Assembly: GCA_013239625.1 (NCBI GenBank)
Contig: MU056000.1
Span: 13,529,175 to 13,593,174 of the forward strand
Direction: 5' to 3'
Origin: Lama guanicoe
Taxonomy: Eukaryota
DNA length: 64,000 nt
The position numbers were made by a program, and so were the translations under genes. The notes under the pieces are model-generated. The model was not told the DNA's origin and did not search any database. It was given only the letters and a program-made list of their open reading frames with translations. Positions 13,128 through 26,224 of this stretch are shown piece after piece. Numbering within the stretch: the stretch's first letter is position 1; the number at the start of each line of letters is the position of its first letter.

Positions 13128-15729
13128 TGTATTAATTATGCAGATATTTTTACTGCCATTGGTATAAAATGTCCATTTTATGTAGGATATTGGGGAGAAA
13201 TAGGGACAATCAAAATGAGATGATAACAGAATAAAATTTACATGTATTTACTTCTGAAAATCTTAGGACAGGTATCACACTTCTATTTAATTGTGTCTTT
13301 TTATTGGCATGCCCTATCATGCTTGCTGATTAAGTTCCAAATACAAGATCCATATTCACTGTTTTTTTGTGACATATATGTCTATTAGGATCACATTGCA
13401 TGGATAAATGTATACATATTTATGTATATAAAATGAATAAACATTTCCCAAATAATACTCGTTTCATAAATTTAGATTGTTCACAGTGATGCAAGAAAAA
13501 TAACACGCAGCCCATAAATAAGCAGAAATGCTTTCCTCTGTGAATCTGTGTGAATATCTAATATAATTTACTGGTCATTATACTTTATGCACACAGATCA
13601 GTATATTTAGGTATTATTTTCCAGAAAATATGCCCACTCATACAATGCACATTAGAAAATATGAATGTTATATAATATTAATGAGTCATTTAGAAATTAC
13701 ACATAAAAATGAAAATAGACTTATCGAAACTGGCTTAAAATTGCAAGACAATTAACACTAAATTGTTTCAGGGGAAAATGGGTTTCAGCCACTGCTTCAT
13801 ACCATAGTGCTTCCCAGATTGGACTGTCCTGTCTGCTTATTTCTCCCTTGGTGCCCATTGCATGGTCTTTACCCTTAAATGGGACAAAGAAACAAATGGT
13901 TCATTTGTCTGTCCCTGGTGTAATCGTCAAGGCAATTTTTTTTTTTCCAAAAAGGTTTTGCAAAATTTCTCGATCCTGAAACGCTCTATATGAAATAAGA
14001 CAAATGTAGCTGTGATGTGAAATGCTCTGAACAGGGATTAAGATCAAAGTCACCTCCAAAGATGTAAGGTTTTGGCTATGCAAAGAGCTGACTAAGGACT
14101 TCTTGAAATTCTGCTGTATTTTTATCCCATATAATTATCTTGGCACAGCCATAAATCTATCATTACTATCCTTTGACCTGTCCTAAAGATGAAATATTGC
14201 TTCATATGATATAAAATGTCAATGTCACATCTGAATGTCTAAATGAAGCAGAAAAGGAGTCGTGTGACACAACTTTTACAAAAATGAAAATTCCAGGGTA
14301 AAAGTTTTTACTGTTTTTTTAATCTGCTTTATTTCTTATAAGTTATTTGTGTACATAAGAAATCTTCCAATGAGTTGTACCAATATGTCATAAGTAGAGG
14401 TAATATAGTAGATGGATTAAACAAATACTGATAAATTAACTGACTCTACTTATCCTGATGATAACATTTGGCTGATCTTTGACACTGACAGTTTGAAGTA
14501 TATTAATATATCTGATGTTAAATTTATAATTCTTAGGTCATAAATGTCTGTAGTTATTCAAATAAAATTCACACTAGTGGCAACACTAGACTATCTTAAC
14601 TAATAGGTTTCTTCATGGAAGTTTCATATTCACTATTCCTTTTAAAAAATCTATTATGCTGTCATAACCTTTTTCATACTCATGCTTCTATAAAGAGAAA
14701 TCAAAAGTAAACTACAAAGAAATCCTTTGTGTATTAAAATGACTTTAAGGAGAAATAACTATGAGAATTTGACAGCTTTTTATGCAAATACATTTACAGG
14801 ATGTTAACCCATTACAATGATGAATAATTATTTTTCTTAGGCATTTTAGTGAACATTTTTTATTTCAATAAATTCAATTGTGCATTATAACAATGAATGT
14901 GTAAAATGAAGTCTGTTTCCTTATAGTAAAGTCATCAATTTTTGTTTTTATTTTTTGTGCATGTTTGCATGTGTGTGTGCGCATAGTCTTTCCCTATGAC
15001 TTTTTAAAGGACTATTATTTTAGTACTAAGGAAAAATAATATCATGTAATGAGCAACACAGGAAAAATATGCAATATTAATTTTCACAGTCAGCATTTGA
15101 CAATAAATATGAATGACGATAAGATACTGTGATCAAGAATATCTTTCTGTTGATGGCTGCACATTTATTATCAAATGGTGACATTCATCTGAGCCATAAA
15201 TGGTTCCAGTTCAGAAGTTCCCTTCTCCCCTTACTCCTCTCCATGAAATCCACACTGTCGGCCCGACGTCATGATACAGTGATAGAGTAATCCTTCTAAT
15301 GAAAAGTAAGGTATCCGCCTTTGAAAGAATTGAATAATAAAAATTGGAATTGAAAAACAATTACCCTGAAGAACATTTATTAGGAAAATATTTTAAACTT
15401 AATGAAACCATTTTTCTTTTTCTACTACCAAGATGAAAAAGGTATTCTCTTCATCTCAATGGTTGAAATTGAAATTTCTTTAAAATTGAAAGCATGACAT
15501 TCTTGGAAAACACAATGTAGTGACACATATAAACGGTGAAGGAGGGACCTGATGTTACATTTTAATAGGCCCTCCAGGGGATTATGATTCACAATAAAGG
15601 TAAAAACAAACAAACAAACAAATAAACAAAACCACTTCTCCACTTTCCTCCTGGGTTAGGCTGTCTACAAAAAAGCTATCATAATGCGGGCTGTGGGCCA
15701 CTAACATGGACCACCACCATGGACCACTT

Positions 15730-15862
15730 CCAACAACATCACTCAGAGCTTGTTAGAAGTGGAGGTTCTCAGGCTCCTTCCAGACTTGTTGAACCAGAAT
15801 CTCGGGCAGTAGGGCCCAGGGACTTGTATTTAGCAATCTCTCCAAGTGATTATTATTCTCTA
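15730..15862. mobile_element. MER5A hAT-Charlie fragment
   Basis: catcactcagagcttgttagaa...ttctcaggctccttccagacttgttgaaccagaatctcggg...gggcccagg. Confidence 0.75.
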
Positions 15863-16275
15863 AAAGTGGACCCTGGGGTAATGGTCCGGGTGCAAGTGAT
15901 ATTCTTTTAAAGAAGGTCTGCTGGGAGAAAACAATACGAGAGCATGGAAGACAGAACTGGGGAGAGGAGGACACGAGGCAGGTGGGCTCAGTGAAGTCTC
16001 TTAGCCCGGTCCTGGGAATACCTCGAGTAGGAATTACACTTTATCATTAGTCCCCCTGGGCTGCTGTACAAGGCGCCGCCCTCCCCTCTGCCCAGGCTCT
16101 CTCTGCTCCAGGAATTCTTGGTGAGGCAGCTCCAGTAGCCCGGGGCTACTAAACAAGGGATGAAGCTTCTGGAAGTAAAGCACCCAGACCTTGAGGTATG
16201 AGGGTGCAGAACAGGTGAAAACACTCCAAGAGGAGTATGGTGGAAGGAAAGATGGGCTGGGCTTGGAAATACAGA
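15863..16275 (-). mobile_element. Old ERVL-class LTR (LTR33/LTR50-like)
   Basis: gggtgcaagtgat...ggagaaaac...gaagacagaactggggagagg...ctcagtgaagtc pattern. Confidence 0.5.
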
Positions 16276-16292
16276 GCTTTGATTCAAATGCT

Positions 16293-16882
16293 TGTTGCTA
16301 GAGAGTAAGTTCTCATCTTGTTCCAGAAAGAGTTCAGAGACAAGACCCAGAGGTCAAGAAAGCAAAGTAAGGATTTACTAAGCGATAGTATGCTCTTAAG
16401 GGGAGAGTGAGAAGACTCAGGGGAGTAACCGCGGACTTTCATGGCAAGATGGTTATATGGGGTGTAAGAATGAATGGTGAATATTCATTGGGGAGGGAGG
16501 GTTTGGAGTTGTGTTTCTTGATTACCACCACAGCTCCACCTTTCCGAGGGGAGGAGGGATTTTGGTCCTTATTTAGTCTGGATGGGAAATGTCATGGCAT
16601 CAGAGCATGATGGATATTTCTAATCTGCATGGCTAATTATATTGTACTGAGGGCATAATAAGCAAAAAATTACATTTGGATGATAGAGATTCCTGCCTTT
16701 TCCCACCTTTCTTTGCCTCAAGGATCCTTGTCACCCCAAAATGTGTGGTCTCCGGTCATCCAGAGGTTTTTGCTTTTCTCTGTCTGCCCAAGGACCCCCA
16801 TTGTTTACAAGATGAATGTCCCTGCCATTTGTTCCGTGCCCCTCTTTCTCTGCTCATATCTAGCTATCTACCTGTTCTAACA
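16293..16882 (-). mobile_element. ERV1-type solo LTR, 590 bp
   Basis: Termini tgttg...taaca; flanking 4-mers tgct / tcct; TATA-like (ttatat, ~16453) and degenerate poly(A)-signal (tttact, ~16375) motifs in minus orientation. Confidence 0.8.
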
Positions 16883-19164
16883 TCCTCAGCATGCCTCATT
16901 GCTTGTTTTTCAGGGGTGAATAGATTATGTGCTTTTCTGAGCTTGAGCCCCAGTGTTGCACCTATAAAGTTGAGATGAGAATGTACAGTAGTTTTAAAAC
17001 TTAAATAAGATACTGCGTAGACAGCTACTAAGCTGATAGACTCAGGCATTGTTGATCTGTTTTTAATAGTGGAACTGAAGTAGTTAAAATGTTTTTGTTT
17101 CCTTTGGAGCTCTCTCCATGATTTCCATCTATTAATTCAATATAACTTAAGAGCAGAAATACATTTTCAAATATCAAAGAGCTTAGTTAATCCCATTTTT
17201 AAATGAAGACAATTCTTAATGATCCATAATGTGAACCTCCGTGTATTTGTTCACATCAATAATATATTTAAATTATTGTTCTATGGTCAATTAATAAAGT
17301 TTCAAATTTGATTAAACTGTAGCTGTGAGAAATATAGGCATGTATTCTACTCAAAATTTGCACTTTTGAGAAAACCACTGTGGACAAATAGATCAACATC
17401 ACAGAGCTGGTTTTTCTTGCTCTTCATGAAATATTTTTTGTTGTTATCCACACCAGAGAACACCATGGGAAATGAACAGTAAAGTCAGTGTTTCATGAAA
17501 AAAAAAAACACATTTTACTCTCATCAAAGACGATTCTAATCCTTTGAGTACGCAAGAAAAAATGCATGCCTTGAAAATACTATTATGTAGCTATGCTTCT
17601 ATAGATTTTATAGAAACATTAGATATAGTTTTCCCCTATTCATAGATTATAAAACACATCATGTTTTAAAATTTGCTGGAAATCATAACATTTTACGATA
17701 CATGAAATAACAGCAGTGTTGAAGTTGTTTGATGGCTTTAAACACATTATATTACGATGGAAGTCTTTAAAAACAAAGCAAAATAAAGGAAAATTCCCAA
17801 AGAAAAATTTTGTCACATTCTTGCCCTTCTTTTCTGCAAAATGACCATCTAATTTAGCCTATTTAATCAAAATTAACGTCTCAAATTAAAATTGACTCAA
17901 TGTAACCAAAGGAAAAAAATCTATAGGCAAGTTTGCAGCATAAATGATAATCAATGATAATCAATACATCATTTAATACCAAGTATCAACAGAAGATTTA
18001 ATATAATAATAAAAAATTAAAAGAAGAATATTTTTTTGGCATTCATGTAGTACAAAATACTTTTACATTGAATTAGTTCTAAGGGCAATTGGCCAAAAAC
18101 ACTCTACAATTAGATTTTAGAAAAAGTAGCCAAGAGTGGTTTTTAACTCAAACATCCACACACGTATACAGGCATCTACGGTGTCATTATCCATTTTATG
18201 CTCCTAAGGACTCATTACAAACACCAATTTAGGATTTGTGTACACATTCACGTGGCCACTTTTGAAAACTGACCTCCCTTGATACTCTAATAAACAGCTA
18301 AGATCCGAGCAGTGCGTTGATGACTGAGGATGAATTGCTATATGCTGACCCTGTCCCATACATTATTTAGCATTTTTTATCATAGCACATAAAGTCAGCA
18401 TGCCTAAAGCAAATGAACAGAATTAATACTATCCTTTATAGAAGCACAGATCTGTGGACACATATGTAATTTTTATTATTCTTTAGTGCACATATATTCT
18501 CTGTTAATTTCCAGTATCAATGTTAAGTTCAAGTCTTCAAAGTTAGGACAACATAGATTTCATACCAAAGGCGTCCAGTATGGGATACATGGCTATTGAA
18601 AGCTTTTATTTTCTCCTACAACATAATTTTTTCCACATTGAATCATATTTTCATGTATAATCTTTTTGTGTGTGAAATGTGTAAAGAAGTAATGTGTTAA
18701 TTTGACAGTCATTATGATTTTTAAAAAGCTACACAAATCAAAATTTTCTCTACCTAATCCTGTATCCTCTAAGTCAAATTATATCTGGGGGGGTTTTATT
18801 TGTATGCATAAACTATGATTGAAGTTAATCAATTTTAAATCATTGGTCTTCATTTTTAAGGGACCTGTCTTTCCTTAATAGATTCTCTATTCTTTGAGGC
18901 CACAATTCCATCAAAGTTCCCCTTTAATTTGAGCTGTATTGCAATTAGATATGTTGGCTTACTTCTTTATTTTTCCTTTTAGCTACTTTAGCAATCTGTA
19001 CCTCTGTTAAAACACCTCACTATTTATTACAACTGAAAAGTCATTTCTCCCCATTCTCTTCAATAAGGCGATCATTGTTACCTTACAGAAAAATAGATAT
19101 GTTTACTAACCTGATGAATTTTAATATCAAGGTAAAGATAGACACATACGATTTAAATTTACCA

Positions 19165-19585
19165 TAGTGGGGACTGGCTAGATGCTCATCTTCCATGTCC
19201 TCTTCCTGGGTGTCCAGGAGGACTATGGTTGGTTTGGGGCTATAGGACCTGTTCTGGCCAATGGATCATGATCCTAATTGATGTACGCTATTTTTCCATG
19301 TTAGATTCTCTTGCAAGATCCTTGACTCACTCTTTATTTTTAAAATGGTCAGCTGAGTGCAGGATCCAGTAGACGACACTGCGTAGACCCTGGGAGGTGG
19401 AGCCACCAGTTGGAACAGCCCCTGTTTCTTTATTGCCACATGGACGGCTACTCATGAAACACCCATCAGGCTATGATTAAAGCAAGAACTCAACCTTAAT
19501 TCGTTAAGCTGCTACATTTTTAGAAGTTTTTTTTTGTGCTTGCTTTTGTTACTGAAGCAGAACCTCTCCTATCCTGACCAGTACA
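19165..19585 (+). mobile_element. MaLR LTR (MLT1H/I/J-like)
   Basis: gttctggccaatgg, ggtggagccacca..tggaa, gttaagctgct, ttgttactgaagcagaacctctcctatcctgaccagtaca. Confidence 0.75.
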
Positions 19586-19699
19586 AATATATGCAATATG
19601 TCCTATAATAAAGGGCTTTCACTTCTTCTTTTTTAAAATAAGGATCTTTGGGTTTTAAAAGAGGAATTAATTGACTCCCTGATATGCCCCATTCTCCTT

Positions 19700-22010
19700 T
19701 CTTCACATGTTCACTTTTATATCCATAGATCCCCTCGTCAATCATTTCAAACACTATCTTTCAGATCTCTTAGAATGAGGAAATCTCACATCCAGATATT
19801 CAAAGCCATAAGCCAGAGGCTAATTTTGCCTGAATACTATTACATTACCACGTATCTCTAGCCTATGCCGGATGTCACTTTCTGAATAATCTTAAAATCT
19901 CCATTTTTCTCAAATTTCCAAATTCACCCCTTTTGTTTGCCTTCAGAATATTAACCTGCCCTATGATGTCTTAAAACTTCCAAAGCCCTTAGATATTAAC
20001 TCCCTTATTCTGCTTCCACCAGAATTGATATGCACGTCTACCTACTTCTGAGTCTGTATTTTCCTTACGACCTCTGTTAAAATGAAAGGAACGTTTCCAC
20101 TTCTTTCCAGTCATGGTAATTGTTTGCTCTGAATTTCATTTATTTGGGGACTGTTCACTTCACAGGCTGTTGTCTCTTGTCACTCCATAATGTCACTCCT
20201 TCTCACTCGTGTCATTAACGTTTTGTGAGCTAGTGTATTTTTGGTTTGTTTTTACTTGGTTTATCCCCTAAAAACAACTAGCTTGACCTTAGTTATTGAC
20301 AAATTACTTCACTACCTATCCCAATCCAATGTCTGTTTCTATGACTTTAAATTCTTAGAAAAATTTCTAATAATCACCATGGTAATTCATATATTTGATT
20401 TGTAATTGCTTCATCCCATAAGCAGAATTTCTTAATTGTAATGGCATCTACAAATACTGTACACACTCAGTTTTTATTCTCTTCCTCTGGGCATCCCTTC
20501 CAACCTATTTTGATGCTTCTCTTCATCTTCCTTGCTATTCTGTATTGGGGACCTTTGGGATGCTATTTGAAGTCCTCTTCTCTTTACTTTCTACAGTCTC
20601 TTCCCAGGATATCCCATTCTCTCACAGGGCAATTTTCCATGATTTTTTTTCTCATATTACTCCCATTTTTATATGTAATCCAAATTTCTCTTTTAAAATA
20701 CAGCTCACTAGAATATACGTTACACAATGTGAAGAGAATTCACTTGTTTTCTTCCCTATTATGTCCTCAGTGCAAATAGCCCAACTTAGCCTTAGTGCAT
20801 ATTCAATAAGTATTTGTTAAATAAGTAAATATTCAAGTTAAACATATGTGTCTACTAAACATATTCCTTTCAAAGTCAGTATTGCTAAAACTAAACTCAC
20901 CAAATAATGATGTTCTCCATTTTCACAGTTCATCGTCAAGATGCATGGCTCAGCCATCCAAGCAAGTTGTTTCAGTTGAAAATCTAGTGACATATGCCTT
21001 ACTCCATCAGACATCAGATCAATAATCAAGTCTTTTTAAATCTGTCTCAAGTTTTCAAATCTTTCACTTCTCCCATGTATAATGAAATAACTATGGTGCA
21101 CTCTCCCTCACTTGGACTGCCACAATAGACTTTGAGATATTCTCAGAGTTGATGTCTTATCCTTTTATCTGTAAATTTACACAAATGGTTGAATAATCCC
21201 CATGAAAAAATAAGTTGAATATGTTGATTTAATCTCATAATCTCAAATCTCAAATATTCTATCTACATTGCCTGGAAATATTACTGACTTTCATCAGGAA
21301 GCTCAACAAATTCTTCTAGACAAAAACTCCATGTTCTTTTTCAAACTTCCTTTATCTTTTAACACCTGCCCCTCATACACACAATGAATATGGTCAAAAA
21401 AGAAGGAAAAAAAAAAGAAACATGTAAGAATCCATTAAACCCGTGTCATCTCTCCACCTCTAAACCTTCTGCAATTGCATCTGTCTTATCCCTTAACTTA
21501 TCTTATAACTGAAGCAATGTCCCTCCACTCACAAAGAAGTACTCCTAGTTTTGTGTACTGGATTGTACCAATTCTTACCTTTTGGAGAAACTTTAAGAAA
21601 AGAAGAAAAATGCACTTAAAACTTGACTCTTCATTCTTAGAAAGCAACTCTCCCATTCTCAACAAAGCATTTTAGGAAATAATTGTCTACATATTCTGTC
21701 TGTATCTCCTCAGTCCCATTCACTGTCTATCCCTCCAATCTGGTTCCTGTGTTTACACTCAATCAAAACTGTTCTTGAGTGTTTCCCTTCCTTCATATTT
21801 GTCATCCTTCCATTAACACGTGACACTGCTGATTACTTACTCTTTCCTGAAATAATCTTCTTTTCATCTTCATGACTCAACATTCTTCACTCGCTTTCCC
21901 CTTCATGGTCATTTCCTCCTTCAAGTCCTTAATTACAGTCTGTATGAAGGAGATATAAATATATATTGTTACCTGGCTAAACCCCTCCTCTTAAGCTTCA
22001 GGCTTATGAA
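19700..22010 (+). mobile_element. Cluster of L2 fragments
   Basis: Pyrimidine-rich decayed L2 motifs; L2 3' end tattcaataagtatttgttaaataagtaaat at ~20800-20830. Confidence 0.6.
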
Positions 22011-22512
22011 CTAAACTGATGATTCATAAAACAGATAACTGATAAAGCCCATTGCCCAAAGAGCTACAGAAACACATCTGTAATGACAGTGTTAGCTTTA
22101 TCACCTTACTGCAGCAAGGGAAAGCATACATCATGGGAAACCATGAGTCTCTCTAAAAGGGAGAGTTAGGGAAGAATACTCACTAAGTATTCTTGTGAGT
22201 GAGTGAGATTGCTGAAGTTTGTCAATGGATGATCTAAGCAGAGAGTGTTCTAAGTCTATAAACTGGAGTTGCATTTAGCAATTTCATCTTTTGTGTCCAT
22301 GAAGTGCTACTCTTCAATTAGTTTTTCAAAGGTCTTATCTTAGAAGGGATGGGTCTAAAAAAACAAACAAAAAAGTAGTCTTAAAATGTTTGAATTTAAA
22401 TAGTTAATGATGTGCGTCATGGCCAGTCTGGAAGAGTTTATCTTTCTTGTGAGTTGGGGAATCTTTTTCAAGCTGTGATTTCTGTTTTGATTTTAGTTTT
22501 CTCCCCTCATAA
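22010..22512 (-). mobile_element. Old ERV LTR fragment inserted in L2
   Basis: Composition shift; ctttatcaccttactgcagcaagggaaagcatacatcatgggaaaccatg resembles MER21/ERVL-type LTRs. Confidence 0.4.
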
Positions 22513-22599
22513 CCCACTTGTCAGTAGGGCCAATTTTCAGTTTATTACTTTAAATTTCATGTATCAAAGATATTTCACATTTAGATTTACTGTTCAAAA

Positions 22600-23423
22600 A
22601 TAAAACTAAAGCAATAAGCACAGAATCATTCTCTACAAATTTCCTCTTTTCCTTCTCAGTAAACAACATGACTCTCCACTGAACTATTAGAAACATTTTC
22701 TAGCATTTTTATGTCTTATTTATTCTCATGGGCATTTTATTAACAAATCTATCATTTCTAACTCCAAAATTATCTCAAATTTTTCACCTTTCAAATTGCC
22801 CCTGCTTCTGCCCTATTAGTCTCTTTTCATCACCATGCACAGCAGAGGCAAATAGAAGGGAAAGTCAAACATGTCAATTCCATGCTTCATCTATTCAATG
22901 CTTTTATTTTACTAAAAACAAAACCAACACTCCTTTAGACTAGGAGGCTCTGATTACCTGGAGTTCATCCACCTGTGCAATCTCATCTCAGGCACGCTCC
23001 GTTTTTACGTCTATGTTTTTGCCCTATGATCCTTCTGTCAATTATTTGAAAATGCCAAACTTTTAAATAGTGACTACATTTTCCTGTGTCATTCCCTAGC
23101 TTGACTTGCTCTAGGAGCCCTCTTTTTACACCTGCACAAACTTTCTAATGGTTGATCTTTTTGCATTTCCAGGTTCCTACCTAAAGGTAACTTCCTCAAA
23201 AAGACCTTCTGTGAACACTTTTTCATGAATCAAGCTCTATTGGTAAGTTTTGAATATGTATTCAAACAGTAAGTTCCTACATGATTACTTGTAGTTGTGT
23301 GTGGAGGTGGGGCAGGGTGGCAGGAGAAGGTTATAGTCTTCTTCAAATTATAACATAAAAAATGCAAGGGTCATGCCATTTTACTAAGTACTGTGAATAA
23401 AGTACTGGGTATAGTATTTGCCA
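22600..23423 (+). mobile_element. L2 3' portion
   Basis: caccatgcacagcagag, aacttcctcaaaaagaccttct, tactgggtatagtatttgccac; continues after the SINE. Confidence 0.6.
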
Positions 23424-23437
23424 CTAAGTAGCTTTTT

Positions 23438-23576
23438 ATTGTTTGTTTGTTTTTGTTTTTGATTTTTTTTTGGGGGGTGGAGATTAAGTGTATTTGTTTA
23501 TTTAGTTATTTTAATGGAAGTAATGGGGATTGTACCCAGTACCCCCTGCATGCTAAGCATTCACTCTAACCACTGG
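23438..23576 (-). mobile_element. Vic-1-type camelid tRNA-derived SINE, 5'-truncated
   Basis: ttaatggaagtaatggggattgtacccag...tgcatgctaagcattcactctaaccact; perfect 14-bp TSD ctaagtagcttttt at 23424-23437 and 23577-23590. Confidence 0.9.
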
Positions 23577-24404
23577 CTAAGTAGCTTTTTGATAAATTAT
23601 TTGTGTAGATAATAATACTAGTAATAATAATTATAAGTACAATTATAACTCATAGTATCAGTTTATGAAGCTAATAAACAGTATAACTAGGATCCTACCT
23701 TAAGTTCCTAAATCCATCGCTAATAGTATTTCTGTTTTAACACATCAACTCTCTTCAAATTACTGATTTTCCAAATGATCGCAATAAATTTATTCTACTT
23801 GCATGACAATTTCCATCTTAGATTTGCTTAAAAAAAGATATTTCTGATAAGATTCATCAACAATATTTTTAGTCATTTCATCATAATTTCTCTAGTTTTT
23901 TTTTTTTCTACTACTCACATGTAAATTACTTTAGTCAAATATGTAGAGGTTAGTTTACTATCCCCTTGAGTGTTTTAGGGGATTTTTAAAAACTACACTG
24001 TGGATCCTTGCAGAAGATAATTATTATTATCTTGATACAGTGAAGTATCCTACTAATTTTTATAATTTTCTGGTCTAGAAAAATTTAAAAGTTGTTATTT
24101 ATGAGAAAAGTATTATAAAATATTTTATGTATATAAAAATATAAAATGAATATTGAAATCAATATTTTGAAAATAAGCATTTACAAAATCTAAAGAAATA
24201 ACATTACATTGCAATCGAAGCCCAATCTACACCATATTAGGTTAACAGGTCGTAAGATTCCCAATCAGGTAGCAAAGAATCATAATATATTGGTTTTTAA
24301 TTTTTCTGTATTTAAGAAAATATTTTACTATATGTTTTTGTACCTTCCAAACACACAAATTCTTGTCTAATTTAATCTTTCATCAGTTAGAAATGAGAAA
24401 TGTT

Positions 24405-24720
24405 TATAATTGTAGACATTTTAGGCGTCTCCTGATGTCCTTTCATTCTTGTTTGCATATTGATCAATTTTTTTGCGAGCTCATCTTTTGAGCCATGACA
24501 ATCAATAACAACCAATGCACACTAGTCATATTCAGGTATCTACATGAGTTGCCTAAAGGAGGATTCATGTAGTATATTACATGTCTTCCGCATTATGGCA
24601 GCCATATTTTGCCAAAGGTTTCACTACTCTACAAGTGATTATTTTTTTAACTTCTACTGCTCATTGGTGGATTGGTGCAGCCAATCTGCACATCCAATTG
24701 CCAATTTCTTTTACTATAGT
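24405..24720 (-). mobile_element. Arthur1-like hAT-Tip100 DNA transposon internal fragment
   Basis: Reverse strand gaaacctttggcaaaatatggctgccataatgcggaagac...aatcctcctttaggcaactcatgtag and atggctcaaaag...gcaaaaaaattgatcaatatgcaaa resemble the recalled Arthur1 consensus. Confidence 0.55.
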
Positions 24721-24849
24721 TAAAATAACAAAAACCTTAAAATAATTTAAAAAAAGTATTTCTTTTAATGGGACCAGATGGACTCAGTAAGAAAAAACAC
24801 AAATATTTGAAAAATAATGCCACTTTCTTACCACAACAAAATTTGTGTT

Positions 24850-25900
24850 TAACAGTCTTTTTTAAAAACTTGGCTTTGACTGTTGATTTTTAAAAATATT
24901 TTTTCTTTTCCATTTTTCTAATTTCTGCTCTTTATATGACCTTTTTTTGAAAAAAATACATTTTGTTTGTTTAATTTCTTCAGTATCAACAATCATTTTC
25001 TAATTTAATTATTTTTTCTAATTCTACTGTGATTTCTCCTTTGATTCATAACTTATTCAAAACTGTGTTGAATAATTTCCAAACACATGGGCTGTAAGTT
25101 TTTAGTTCTCTTTGTGTTACTGGTACCTAAGTTAATCTTATTGAATAGAGGTCAACTGTATGATGCCAGGGATTCAGTTTTTGTTGTAATACATCTTATC
25201 ATCTAAGAAATGGCCAATCTTTGTAATTTTTTCATGTAAACTTGAGAAGAATCTATGTTTTGTAAGTTTTGAGTGCATAGCTTTTCTATTTCTTACTGAT
25301 AATTTTTCAAATATTTTCTGATCTTACAAATATTGCAAAATTTGTGTCTGTCCATTATGAGAGTTTTTTAAGTTTCTCTTTCATCATGAGATGGATTTGT
25401 CAATTTCTCCATTTTTAATTTTGCTTTCTAAATTCTTATCACATTTATTTAATGCAATATTAGAATGAAACCACTTGGTGAATTGTAGTTTTTATAATTA
25501 TAGTTATGTTTAGCATCCTAGATAATAAAATTTGCCTCAAAATGTATATTCTCAGTTATTCTTATCTCTCAACTTTATTTTGATTTAAATTATACATTAA
25601 ATATTGATCTTTATCTTTTTCATATTCATTGCATACTGTCAGCATTCTTTTCACATTAATCTACCTGCTAACTTATTTTTTAATACATTGAATGTCTATT
25701 TGTAGTGATAGTATTTTTTATATGTAGAAGTAAAATTTGGCCCTTTAAAAGATAATTTTCTTGTCTATATTAAGATGATCATGTTTCTTATTCCTATTTA
25801 AAATCTTTTACTTTTTAAGCAGACATCATCTTATCTCTTCTACTCTCTGTAACTTCATCCTCTAGAACCCTAGCACTTATCTGTACTGGTGGTATTTCTG
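24850..25900 (-). mobile_element. Old L1M fragment
   Basis: T-rich; aataatttccaaacacatgg, cttgagaagaatctatgtt, atggatttgtcaatttctcc. Confidence 0.7.
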
Positions 25901-26224
25901 CAGACTCCTCTTTTTTCTTTTGCAATTTTATACTGTGATCTCATAATCAGTTGATCTTAGTGGAACTTGTAAAACTTGAGTTGACAGTTGATTACTCAGA
26001 GAGTATCACATTTTTTTTTTTATGACAGGTACTGGGGGTGCCACATACTCAGGACTACTTTCAGTTAACTATCTTTTTCTGAGTGTGAGGATAACAGTTG
26101 CTAGAAATTCAAAAATCAGATGTATTAGAAGGCAATTCTGGGATGAAAATTTCTCAGGGTGCCTCTTTGTTTTGCTCAGGTCTTGAAGACTTGTTTCTTT
26201 ATTGTTACCCTGGTTTTTGCAGCC

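Noticed and set aside
18340..18402. Inverted repeat atgctgac / gtcagcat
   Set aside because: Only 8 bp with poor internal pairing; compatible with chance
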